The notes: generated by a model from the letters alone, not told the origin. DNA of 64,000 nt from Octopus sinensis (GCF_006345805.1 NC_043002.1:2418001-2482000), one strand, 5' to 3'; positions 1-12,409 are shown, counted from the stretch's first letter. A program made the numbers and translations.

Positions 1-120
1 CCCTGCAGATTACACTATTTTTCAAAAATTATCAATTTATGAGGCCAACTAAATTTTTTAAATAAAATAAATAAAATGTTTATGTTTTTACTATTCATTC
101 GATTTTTCTTTATACTTGTT

Positions 121-197
121 TGTACATACACATACTCGCACATACAGACACACACACATACATATACATACATACATGCATATATATACACACATAC

Positions 198-261
<64 letters not shown>
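121..261. repeat. (CA)n/(TACA)n/(TA)n compound microsatellite
   Basis: Direct inspection; explains overlapping low-complexity ORFs in several frames. Confidence 0.95.
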
Positions 262-266
<5 letters not shown>

Positions 267-1626
267 GAAGAGAGTTGATCACGAATTTCATCCGAAGAGG
301 ACTAAAACTGAAAACATTTTTGAATATAAGGAGGAGTAGAGTGAATGACATGCGTGCGCATTTATATGCGCGTGTGTGTATGTATGCGTATGTATATAGA
401 AACGTCCGTTGAGGCATATAACCCTAAATCTAAAATAAATACGTAATCCCATTTATTGTTCAATAATCGGCCCCATATTCAAGTCTTTAGCTTTATAGAA
501 TAATGAAGCATAAAACCCAACCTATTATAATATATTTGTGTTTATTGCAGATCGTTACGTGGAAATACGGCTGTGGAAACGACCTTTCTACTTTCAGTGA
601 GTGTGTATGAACTGCAATAGGATAACTGCTCCCTGTGGATGTGTAGTAAATCAATTCTCATTACCCTGTGAAATATGATGGACGATAGAAATGAGCAGCT
701 GAAATTAGTTTCAATCTTCTGGCTCTGTGACCCTCGCTAAGATATGTTACAATCAGAAAATATGCGTACGTGGCAGGTTTTCAATAGGATAATATATTTT
801 CTTCCTCTTCTCATGGACATCTGCATTATTCTCGAAATCTCCCAGAAAAAGCTTTTCTCGTTCATTCAGTCATGTATGAATCTATGAAACAACGAATGCG
901 TTTTTTCTTTCTTTCTAGCAATATTAATTTTTTTTTCAGAAAAAATATTTCAGGTATAGAATAGAAAGACTGATTATTAGAAAATTCCATGCCATTATGT
1001 TCATTCTCATTCTACACTTTTTTCCATTTTAAATATTTGTTTGCGTGTATGCGTGAATATATATATAAGCATGTGTGTATGTATGCATGCATATATTCGC
1101 ATACTACATACTTACACATATACATGTTCATGTGTTTGTGTGTACATGTGTGTGCGCGTGTTCGCATGTGTGTGCGTGTGTGTTTTGTTGGGCATCTTTG
1201 TGTGATTCTGCTCACATCACATTACGGCCGAGTGTCAGAATCATGAGATTCAATCGTTAGAATGAAATTTTCTCTCTCCCTACCCTCTGAGTTCAAACGC
1301 TGCCGAGGACAGCTTTTCCTCTCATCAACCCATTATTAGTTTAGTGCAATGGGTTGGTGGAATCTTAAAGTGGCCGTATTTGACTCGACTGTCTGCATTT
1401 TTATTCCTAATCATGTCATGGACTTCTTGGCTGATAGAAACTTGATCTGCTCCTCCGTTTAATACTGGACTCTTCTAAAGGCATCTTGAGTGTCTTTAGT
1501 GGGGAACACTCTGCAAACACTCGATCCAGGTTTCCGCTCCTGTTGAGGCTATCTTCCACCGTCTTCCATATTAGTTTAACGGGCATGTGACAGTTCATGG
1601 GTATCCACTCACCTCTTGATTAAAAG

Positions 1627-1683
<57 letters not shown>

Positions 1684-1742
1684 AGTGAGTAGACAAACGA
1701 AAGAAAGGCACTTAACAAATTTATTGGGAGTTCAAATTCAAA

Positions 1743-1785
1743 TTGGCTGACGACTAGCATCACGCTTGAAACTCAAGAGTACCAA
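1743..1785 (+). ncRNA. Minimal type I hammerhead ribozyme motif
   Basis: TTGG-CTGACGA-CT-AGC(ATCAC)GCT-T-GAAA-CTC(AA)GAG-TA-CCAA: complete catalytic core, stem I TTGG/CCAA, stem III, GUA cleavage triplet; about 60 nt after (TA)n 1629-1681. Confidence 0.7.
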
Positions 1786-2019
1786 CAAATTTGAATCAAA
1801 CTGTTTTGATCCATATATAAGTTAAATTTGAAGTTAAAAATTAAGGTTTAGATGGATGACATTAACATGCAGTATCGAAACCTTTGTTACGGGTAAGCCC
1901 CAGGTAGTAGTGTGCCTGCGGAGTACGTTGACCACTTGTGGTTAGCAGGCGTCATCCACGTTACTACGCTTTCGACGCCGGATCTACATCAGGAAATCTT
2001 AGGTGCACGTTGGGGATAT

Positions 2020-2795
2020 TTTAAATGATTGATACGGACGACAGAGTATAATTCGAAGCACGACAATCGTTTCGTCTGCTTTCTGCACCAGTACCTTGTG
2101 GGTGGAGGACGATGTAATAGCATTAGATGCATCGCGCAGTGCAAGGAACTTCATCAGGTGATATGATAGGCTTCAAAAGTTATAAGTTTTATATTTGGCT
2201 CCAACCTAGAGGCTGGTGGTATTATGGTGTGCTGCTTATAGTTGACACACATTGGTGAAGTAAGGATATTTGTTGTCTGAATACAGGACGCGGTTGATAA
2301 AACATACAAAGAATATAATGTAAAAGGGTGTTTTAATGGCGTTGGATTGAAAGGCCTTAAATCACACCAGCATCACCACCAAATTCTTCACCATGCTGTC
2401 ACGCTTGACTACCATATCTAGCCATCAAAGGTCTCCACATGATTTAAGGCCTTCCAACCCAAAGCCATTAACCCCACCACACATTTACACTATATTCTTT
2501 GTATTTTTATCAACTTCCTGTATTCAGACCACAAGCACCCTTACTTCATCAATGCGTATGAACTACGAGCAGCACACACCATGATAACTTCAGCCTCCAG
2601 ATTGGAGGGAAATGTAAATATTATAACGTTTGGAGCCTATCACGTCAGGGATGAGGCTCCTTGCACTGTGCGATGCATCTGATGTCGTTACATCGATCCC
2701 ATCCACTAGGAAGCCGTGCAGAAGACAGCCGAAACGATTGTTGTCCTAAATAAAGCTTCTAGTTACACTCTGTCTTTCCATATCAATCATTTAAA
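2020..2795. repeat. Old diverged inverted repeat (~345-bp arms, ~70-nt spacer)
   Basis: Arm pairs seen by eye: tttaaatgattgata/tatcaatcatttaaa, acaatcgtttcg/cgaaacgattgt, gatgcatcgcgcagtgcaagga/tccttgcactgtgcgatgcatc, aaggccttaaatca/tgatttaaggcctt. Confidence 0.8.
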
Positions 2796-2879
2796 GTGTG
2801 TGTGCGCGCGTGTGTGTGCGCGCGTGTGTGTGCGCGCGTGTGTGTGCGCGCGTGTGTGTGCGCACGTGTGTGTGCGCGC

Positions 2880-2932
<53 letters not shown>

Positions 2933-2994
2933 TTTGTGTGTGTGTGTATGTCACAGTATCTCAGTATCAACCAGACCATCAGGTTCTGCGATTC

Positions 2995-3370
2995 GCCGTT
3001 TGACCCAAATCGCTTGACTAAATCGTCTTCCCATCATTGTGGAGACTTCCAAGAAGCTTTTGCAATCTCTTGGATATCACTCGACAACTGGACGGATCCA
3101 GCAGTTGTCTGTGCACCATGTGACATGTCCGACCCAGAGGAAAATGTAGTTTGGATATTCTGCTATCGCAGCATTCACTCCCTCTCCGTTCTCATTTTGA
3201 ATATGTTCTCGTAATGTTATTTCTAGCCAGGATCTCTCCATGGCCCTTCGCGTCGCAGCCAATCGATGTTCTTTCCTCCTCATAGTGGCACCCATCTCAC
3301 TTGCGTATAAGAGCGCAGGCGTGTAGGATGCTGTTGATGAGCCTGAGACTGTGTTGTCTAGCTGGAGTGT
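2995..3370 (-). mobile_element. RTE-clade LINE 3' fragment (decayed)
   Basis: PALLYASE...RRAMERSWLEITLREHI...WVGHV; homologous to the copy at 35.4-35.8 kb. Confidence 0.8.
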
Positions 3371-3484
3371 ATGAGTATATATAGTTGTGTGTGTGTGTGT
3401 GTGTGTGTGTCTGTGTGTCTGTGTCTGTGTCTGTGTGTGTGTGCGTGCGTGTGTGTGTGTGTGTGTGTGTCTGTGTCTGTGTCT

Positions 3485-3520
<36 letters not shown>

Positions 3521-4149
3521 CAAGGAGTGAGAGAGAGGGAGGAATTTCAATGAAAAATATATTTTATATTTATTTTGAAAGTGTGAATACATTATTTATT
3601 TAATCCATCACGATTGTTGAATTTAAAAACAAGACAAATCATAAATATAGAACCACGTTTATCGTTGGAACAGAGTTAATGTATGGAACTCTGCGATACC
3701 ATTACGCAACGAAGATGTAATTAGGAACATTGGATTGTTGTTCTTTCTTTCAATAAATATTTCGATTTTTCCAATCTGGCGTAAGTAAAAACTGAATCTC
3801 TCATTCAATTTCATTCAACACGAAACTTCTCTCATTAAACTAATTGTTTTTTTATTGGAAATATATAATTGAGTAACAATGCAAATAGTAATTGGACATG
3901 ATGAGTTTGTTTTTTTAATTATCTCTTTTTAAAATATGAAGAGAGCGTTGAATTGCAGCTGTCATTGTAGCGAAGAGAGCAGACTGCAGGCAATCTCTCT
4001 CAAACAATGTTATTACAATCTTAATTTTTCTATATGATCGATGAAAAACTGAATAACGAGCAAACGGGATGCCTCGACCTATCAGAGAGAGCAATCGAAT
4101 GACCCGGTTATCGATTATTAACGCTTTAAATGAAGCATGATATGGTTTC

Positions 4150-4530
4150 GAATTCTAGCACAAGGCCAGTAGGTTTGGGGAAAAGGCTAAGTCACTTAAA
4201 CCAACTCCAGTGTTCAACACGCATTTATTGTATCGTCCTACCATGAGAGACAAAATCGGCCTCGGTGGAATTTGAACTCGGAATGTAAAGACGAGTGAAA
4301 TACGTATTTCTTTACTACCCACAAGGGGCTAAACACAGAGAGGACAAACAAGGACAGACAAACGGATTAAGTCAATTATATCAACCCCCAGTGCGTAACT
4401 GGTACTTAATTTATCGACCCCGAAAGGATGAAAGGCAAAGTCGACCTCGGCGGAATTTGAACTCAAAACGTAACGGCAGACGAAATACTGCAATGCATTT
4501 CGTCCGACGTGCAAACGACTTTGCCAGGTC
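4150..4530 (-). mobile_element. Two nested or adjacent tRNA-derived SINEs (family A)
   Basis: Reverse complement of gagttcaaattccgccgaggtcgactttgcctttcatcc, which recurs at 52.0, 52.4, 55.7 and 58.1 kb. Confidence 0.75.
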
Positions 4531-5230
4531 ACTTCTTTGCAGGAATATAGAATATTGGGTGATCAGTCCTAGATGTGTGATATCGATATAGGAAACGAAA
4601 TACAGTCAGGGGGGAACGTGTTTCATCATATGACTGCACAAACAGCTCTTACTTGGGTCTAAATTAAAACAACAACAACAACAACAACAGAAAATGGTTG
4701 ATGTTAACGTTGTAGTTTCTAAATTGCTCGCACAACAATTCGATGCAATCGTTTTAAACGAAGAATAAAATTATAAGAACCGACACAAAATGAATCAACA
4801 GATTCGATTGTATTGCATTCTACTTAACATTTCATTGTTTAAAGTGATTGAAATCATTGCAGTGTCTCTTTTTCTTTTTCCTTTTTTTTTATTTTCTAAA
4901 ATATTAAATTCAAATGTTAATTACAATGTCTCTCGTATACAGAAAAGAATATCATTGAAAAAGCTCTTTATTTGTATGGGCTTTTTTTCTCCTGGAATTC
5001 TAATGATTTCTTTGTAAACGAGAGAATCTGTGACAACACATTCTATCTCTATGCTTGCTAGAAATGCTCAAACAGTGAAACTGTAACATACACAAGTCTT
5101 CCGAAGGCCATCTTGACAGCTTCCCCGACTTATAGGAACCAGCCACACTATTATCATACACATACACACACAAACAAACAAATAAACGCATACATATACA
5201 TGCATAGATACATACACACACACACACAAC

Positions 5231-5261
<31 letters not shown>

Positions 5262-5264
5262 ATA

Positions 5265-5310
<46 letters not shown>

Positions 5311-5319
<9 letters not shown>

Positions 5320-5610
5320 TATTCGAGACAAAACCACTATTTTGCAAAACAAACAAGGAAAGACTTAATTAATACATAAAATTTTAATAAATAGTAAAAA
5401 AAACCGCCACTACAATCGTTTCTTGTCTTGATCGACAATCTTCATAATTTTGACACTGAATTATTGGAAGTCCACCTGAAGATTGTCGATCAAGACAAGA
5501 AACGATTGTAGTGGCGGTTTTTTTTGACTATTTATTAAAATTTTATGTATTAATTAGTCTTTCCTTGTTTGTTTTGCAAAATAGTGGTTTTGTCTCGAAT
5601 AATATTTTAT
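5311..5610. repeat. Near-perfect palindrome (134-bp arms, 32-nt spacer) beside (TA)n
   Basis: 5311-5444 is the reverse complement of 5477-5610 with two 1-nt indels. Confidence 0.93.
5472..5514 (+). ncRNA. Minimal type I hammerhead ribozyme, intact core
   Basis: CCAC-CTGAAGA-TTGTC(GATCAA)GACAA-GAAA-C(GATT)G-TA-GTGG: stem I CCAC/GTGG, 5-bp stem II, GUA triplet ending at 5510. Confidence 0.8.
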
Positions 5611-5816
5611 AATATTTTACTATAAAATCGATTTAATCCTAAATCTGATTTTTTCCCTGTAAATTTGGATTTATTCCCTAATATTTATTATATATATATA
5701 TATATATATAGAAAACAAAGTTATTTTATTCCACACGAGTATAAATATAGGAAAAACAGAAGTTGAAATGCATTGAGAATAGTTAAAATATGCTATATTA
5801 AAATATTTATTTAAAG

Positions 5817-5855
5817 CTTTAACCGGTTTCACAGTTTACACTGATTTTCAAAAAG
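5817..5855 (-). ncRNA. Degenerate hammerhead-like motif
   Basis: CTTT-TTGAAAA-TCAG(TGTAAA)CTGT-GAAA-CCGG-TT-AAAG: stems present, palindromic ACCGGT stem III, two core substitutions. Confidence 0.35.
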
Positions 5856-6218
5856 TTCAGATAGAAAGACGTGGCTTATGTCGCAGTTGTCTTGCCTCTG
5901 ACAAGTGTTTGAAGCTTGCACTGTTTTTATAGGGTGTTCATGACTAAAATTAGTATATGTTTTAATTAGGATTTAATTGGTAGAGAATAATCACATGACT
6001 GGCCTTAGAAATTTTTTGCCATTTCCCCGTTACGTCAAGGGACAATATTTGACATCGTAAGTTAAGGCTGACACAGTTGACTGAACATATCCAGACAATC
6101 AATGCTCTGAATGTTTTCTGTAGAGAATGAACACATGGTGAAGTTTATAACCTTTTGTAAGTTCATTATTTACATTGTTTACAATTGATGGATATTTGTC
6201 CTCATTTTGTTTGTTGTT

Positions 6219-6264
6219 AACACAACGTTTCAGCTGATATACCCTCCAGCCTTCATCAGGTGCC
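6219..6264 (-). ncRNA. Minimal Penelope-type hammerhead ribozyme
   Basis: GGCAC-CTGATGA-A-GGCTG(GAGGGTATAT)CAGCT-GAAACGT-T-GTGTT: intact core, palindromic ACGT stem III, stem I with G-U pairs. Confidence 0.7.
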
Positions 6265-6346
6265 TTGGGGAAATTTCGAACCTGGTTTCTCATTCCTAAA
6301 GTATTTTTCGATATTATTGTTGTTATTATTATTATTATTATTATTA

Positions 6347-6401
<55 letters not shown>

Positions 6402-6405
<4 letters not shown>

Positions 6406-6475
6406 TCACTGCCTGGAATCGAACTCGGAATCTTGGGGTTAGTAGCCTGCGCTCTGAATCACTACGCCGTATGCC
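6402..6475 (-). other. tRNA-like (SINE-type) Pol III head
   Basis: GGCATACGGCGTAGTGATTCAGAGCGCAGGCTACTAACCCCAAGATTCCGAGTTCGATTCCAGGCAGTGACC: A-box-like segment, B box GAGTTCGATTCC, anticodon-like loop CT-ACT-AA; poor acceptor stem, so not a functional tRNA. Confidence 0.7.
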
Positions 6476-6744
6476 ATGTAAGCTTCCTGCTATGTCCGTG
6501 CGTTAGTGTCACGTGACAGTATATGTTGCGCCTAAAAGGAAGGCCGACACGGTTGAGTGAACATGTTTAGTTATAATCAGAGCTCTCCAAATTTAATCTG
6601 TCTGGTAGAAAAGTACACAGGAATCTTTTGTATGTAGTCCAATGGCTAAAATTTAGGTTGTTAGCTGTATAATTTGCTGATAAATGGCAGGATGAATTTT
6701 GAGTGTCAATTTTTATTTATGTGTACACTTTGTTAAAATTTTTA

Positions 6745-7860
6745 AAGTCTCGGTTTGTACTTTTGCATGGAAATACTTTCTTTGTTTATCCGTGCATCAT
6801 CTGTAGTATTCGCTGAAGCATAGAGTGGGAAGACCTAGAATTTGGGAGACTTATTTTTTGCACTTCTCTGTGACCACTCAGTGTAATCTGTCTAGTACTG
6901 GAGTCTCGTATTCGTTGTCGGTGAATGGTTAGTCTATTTCTTAGAGTAAGCTTTGTTTGACCTATGTAATCTTCATTACATCATTGACATTTGATACCGT
7001 ATATTAAACTCCTTGCAGAACATGTAAAGTGATGTTTTACGGTAAAAGTCTCTCCTGATTTGAATTTGTATGTTGTGTCTTCAATAAGGTCGATGCAGGT
7101 TCCGCAATTGCAGCGGCCACATTTTTTGACTGTTGGTGTAGGAATTGTGGAAGGTAATTTAGCACGTGAGAGGAATTTCTTGAGGGCCTTTGATTGTCTT
7201 TTACTTTTGATTATTTTGTGTATTTCGAATGCTTGTTACATTCTTGGGTCTTGTTTTAGTAGCGGAATGTTTTGATGGATAATATTGTAAACCTCTGTAT
7301 TTCTTGGATTGCGTGTTGTAATAAAGGGTAGATTATTGGTTGTATCTGGAGCGTTTTTCGTTTTTCGTAGTTTATTACGTTCTATTCTGTTGTCTATTAG
7401 CATTAATGGATATTATCTTTTAAGTAGTAGCTGTTTTAGTCTCTGGAGTCTTTTATTGCGAGTTTCAGGGTTTGAGACAATTATGCAGATTCTTCTTGCT
7501 AGATTAAAGGGGATATTATTCTTCGTGTGTTTGGGATGGCGTGAGGAGAATAATTAAAAGTTGTTTCAGTATCTAAGTAATATTCAACGTTTGTGTTATG
7601 TATCTGTGTGAAAGATGAAAATATTTTGCATATTAAGCATTTATGAAAATTATTTATAATCATATGGTCGAATATATTTTGTAATGTGTAACGCAATTTT
7701 TTTCTGCTTAAAATAACGTCACAATCTGTTGAGCCATTAAATTTGTACTTCACATGGAAAATCATGGGTTTTGATACCGTACTCTATGATAAATTTAACT
7801 TCGGTCAGAATCTCATTACTTTTGCGTTTTCATCGCCATACCCACAAGGTTACAGACAAT
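6745..7860 (-). mobile_element. Penelope-like retroelement remnant (RT C-terminal part plus GIY-YIG endonuclease)
   Basis: Manual translation gives GMAMKT (RT), HAIPNTKNNIPFNLARRICIIVS, KKCGRCNCGTC...FTCSARSLIYGIKC*CNEDYIGQTKLTLRNRLTIH; stops and frameshifts present. Confidence 0.85.
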
Positions 7861-8458
7861 ATCCACCACGCCGCTCATTTTTGATAGAGTGATAAAAAAA
7901 ACTCCAGGATAACAGAGTCATACGGTGCTGTACAGCAAGGAGACATCCAAAATAGTCAGTGTCCCTACATTACACCAAAAAGCAAACAGCATCATCAGAG
8001 ACTGTGAAAGACGTTCCCCGTGATAGGAAAACACCATTTAGAAAAAGGCGGATTGTCAACTATTGGTACAAATATTTGACATTTTATCGAAAGTGTCTTA
8101 CCGACATTTGATTAAGGGTGACGCTAACATCGACAGGAAATGTAACGTCTTATGATGCACTTGTAATGCTACACTTGACATTTCACAAGTTAGCGTATTG
8201 TTCACCAAGAATAGGATTTAGCTAGAAAATATGTAATGAACAAGCGAAATAGTGAAACCCTTAAACTCACAAGATTCAACCGAAAATATCGATAATGTCA
8301 CATTTCCATTACAGATATTACACCTGATCAGCAGCATTGTCTAAAATGCCCCTTAGGTACAGATTCCCAAACGGCCTGTGTTATTGCAATGGTAATATAC
8401 AATGCCATTTGTAGGAAACACCTACGGAATATATTATAGGAAATATTTCTACTGTTGA

Positions 8459-8461
<3 letters not shown>

Positions 8462-8490
<29 letters not shown>

Positions 8491-9002
8491 TTAACCTAAG
8501 GAATATTAGCAGAATATTTCCATCCAAGCTTCCACCAAATTCAAATATAACAGAACTGATATTGAGGGGACAAAAGCAATCATATAGAGTTAGAAACATG
8601 GCTACTCTGCTGGCGGGAAAATTCCTTTCAAAACCAATGAGAGAGCGAAAGCTTAGGGGCGACAGCAACCCTGACATCCACAAGGCTTCTCAATGGATTA
8701 TAAACACAATTTTGTACCAGTAATTATCGGTGTATTTAGTAATATGACAAAAACATTTTGACCGGAATATCGAACAACTGTTTTGTTTTCAAACAGAAAA
8801 CAAAGTTACGCGGATTTCTGCAGATATAATCCGTAAGGGGAACATTAACACTATTAACTGTACGCAACGCTTCGGTGTTGTTATTTAAATTCCATCTTAT
8901 TCGTTTCGTTATTAGAAACAAGAGTTTTCTTTATAATATGATAATTCAAATAGAGAAAGGTAGTGCAAATAGAGATAATTCAAATAGAGAAAAGTAGAAA
9001 AG

Positions 9003-9096
<94 letters not shown>

Positions 9097-9880
9097 TGTG
9101 TGTATAAATATATATATATATATATATATACTTTATTCTTTTACTTGTTTCAGTCACTTGAGTGCAGCCATGCTGGAGCACCGCCTTTAGTCGATCAAAT
9201 CAACCCCAGGATTTATTCTTTGTAAGACTAGTACTAACCCTAACCATATCGGTATTTTTGCTGAACTGCTATATTACGAGGACGTAAACACACCAACATC
9301 GGTTGTCAAACAACAGTGGGGGACAAACACAACATACACGCACACACACACACAACACACACACACATTTAACCTAAGGAATATTAGCAGAATATTTCCA
9401 TCCAAGCTTCCACCAAATTCAAATATAACAGAACTGATATTGAGGGGACAAAAGCAATCATATAGAGTTAGAAACATGGCTACTCTGCTGGCGGGAAAAT
9501 TCCTTTCAAAACCAATGAGAGAGCGAAAGCTTAGGGGCGACAGCAACCCTGACATCCACAAGGCTTTCTCAATGGATTATAAACACAATTTTGTACCAGT
9601 AATTATCGGTGTATTTAGTAATATGACAAAAACATTTTGACCGGAATATCGAACAACTGTTTTGTTTTCAAACAGAAAACAAAGTTACGCGGATTTCTGC
9701 AGATATAATCCGTAAGGGGAACATTAACACTATTAACTGTACGCAACGCTTCGGTGTTGTTATTTAAATTCCATCTTATTCGTTCGTTATTAGAAACAAG
9801 AGTTTTCTTTATAATATGATAATTCAAATAGAGAAAGGTAGTGCAAATAGAGATAATTCAAATAGAGAAAAGTAGAAAAG

Positions 9881-9915
<35 letters not shown>

Positions 9916-9940
9916 TGTGTGTGTGTGTGTGTGTGTGTGC

Positions 9941-9979
<39 letters not shown>

Positions 9980-10219
9980 TGTGTGTATAAATATATATAT
10001 ATATATATATATACTTTATTCTTTTACTTGTTTCAGTCACTTGAGTGCAGCCATGCTGGAGCACCGCCTTTAGTCGATCAAATCAACCCCAGGATTTATT
10101 CTTTGTAAGACTAGTACTAACCCTAACCATATCGGTATTTTTGCTGAACTGCTATATTACGAGGACGTAAACACACCAACATCGGTTGTCAAACAACAGT
10201 GGGGGACAAACACAAACAT

Positions 10220-10260
<41 letters not shown>
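8462..10260. repeat. Tandem duplication, 878-bp unit, with breakpoints in (CA)n
   Basis: ttaacctaag at 8491 and 9369; the differences seen between copies are small indels. Confidence 0.92.
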
Positions 10261-10265
<5 letters not shown>

Positions 10266-10432
10266 ATACGATAGGATTCTTTCAGTTTCCGTCTACCAAA
10301 TCCACTCGCAAGGCTTTGGTCGGCCCGAGGTTACAGCAGAAGACACCTGCCTAAGGTGCCGAGCAGTGGGACTGAACCCGGAACCATGTGATTGATAAGC
10401 AAGCTACTTACCACACAGCCACTCCCGCGCCT
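10015..10432 (-). mobile_element. tRNA-derived SINE family B with internal (TG)n; its 3' half is also duplicated at 9135-9345
   Basis: Head ggcgcgggagtggctgtgtggtaagtagcttgct...gggttcagtccc and tail ggcggtgctccagcatggc...gactgaaacaagtaaaag. Confidence 0.85.
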
Positions 10433-10765
10433 ATATATATATACATGCGTGTGTATAATGGATTTTGAATTATGAGCCACCATATGTTTGCCCTCACAAA
10501 TGACCCACTGACAACAAGAGACTGCAATAGTTTCTACAGATTTGGCTAACTTCAGCAAACGAAAGCAAACAAAAGACATTTGGATTTTTTTCTGCCGCAG
10601 TTTCTTTTATTAATATTTGTACACACACACGCACGCACGCACACGCACACACACACTCACATACACACACACACAAACACACACTCACGCGCGCACACAC
10701 ACACACACACAAACTCACACTCACACACACATATGTATATATATATATCATATTACCACCTCTCG

Positions 10766-10804
<39 letters not shown>

Positions 10805-10809
10805 GAGAG

Positions 10810-10888
<79 letters not shown>

Positions 10889-10908
10889 AGATAGATAGAT
10901 AGATAGAT

Positions 10909-10950
<42 letters not shown>

Positions 10951-11043
10951 GATAGAGAGAGAGATAGATAGATGGATAGATAGATAGATAGAGAGATAGA
11001 TAGATAGATAGATAGAGAGATAGATAGATAGATAGATAGATAG

Positions 11044-11090
<47 letters not shown>

Positions 11091-11091
11091 G

Positions 11092-11149
<58 letters not shown>

Positions 11150-11151
11150 AC

Positions 11152-11230
<79 letters not shown>

Positions 11231-11231
11231 G

Positions 11232-11302
<71 letters not shown>

Positions 11303-11316
11303 GAGATAGATAGATA
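10766..11316. repeat. (GATA)n array, ~550 bp
   Basis: Direct inspection. Confidence 0.97.
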
Positions 11317-11823
11317 TTAATTTTATATTGAACGAAAAAGTTTGTGAAAGAAAGAGAAGAAGGAGAGAGGAGAGAGAAGTGGTGCGCTAGAAATAGCTTT
11401 CATTTGAAATGAGATATTTTGATTGTTTTATTTTGTTTTGAAAGTCATAGAGTTATTTTCACTAATTGGTAATGTTTATGGCGAGAACTCCGTCCAAGTT
11501 GTCTTGTATATTTATTCATTTCGCTATTTTATATTTCCTCTGCTTCAAACGAAAGAAACGGTGTGTCTGGGATAATCTGGATGACTGCTCTAATTGGATT
11601 CCCGACACATTTTTCAATGTACTTCAAGCTAGATTACTCCTCACCAGTTGTTTCTCGCCATGTCAGCAGCTTTTAATCCATTGTTGATGCAAGAGTTTTA
11701 ACTATACACAAACGCTCACACGTACACGCACACACACATACGCACGCATACAGTCATAAGAATATATATGAGTATATATAGACGTATTATATTTTTAAAC
11801 ATATACATACACACACACACACA

Positions 11824-11919
<96 letters not shown>

Positions 11920-12409
11920 TATATATACATACATATCAGGAGTGAGAGAGAATTTTGTAACTATTTTCTGTAGATATTTATACCTATTTGTACATAATCG
12001 TAATTTATACAATGAATTGTCAGATATTCATAAACATACATATGTATATATAGCTTAGTACATCTGTCAGCGTGTTTATCTAATTATTTAGCTACGAATT
12101 ACAGATGGTTCTCTTACATAAGTTTAGCCTGTGTTTGAATAGAAAATTATCAACAGTACTTTTAAACTCATGTCACATATTAACATGGGTGACTGACACG
12201 GAAAATTAAAAGCATTAACTTGTTAACTCATTGTTAGGAGAGATTTTCAGAAGGTCAAATATATTAGCAAATCATTCGTGCGAGAAACAGAATTAGTTTC
12301 TAAAACAGGAAAGAAATTCAAACAGAATTTACGGATTTATTTATAGAAATTATTGTTGACTCTTGTCAATCATTTTGTATTTCAACCTTTGTGTATTTCA
12401 GATTAAGAA

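Noticed and set aside
286-324. Hammerhead-like TTCAT-CCGAAGA-GG..CT-GAAA-ACATTT-TTGAA next to (TA)n
   Set aside because: The core has U4C, stem II is only 2 bp and stem III is poor; too degenerate to call.
551-596. Possible 46-nt exon (ttgcag acceptor, gtgagt donor)
   Set aside because: No partner exons or recognisable peptide; the surrounding 420-800 bp could equally be a repeat.
7880-8880. Very decayed non-LTR-like coding traces (FRKG.., VPVIIGVF..)
   Set aside because: The motifs are too fragmentary to assign a clade or boundaries.
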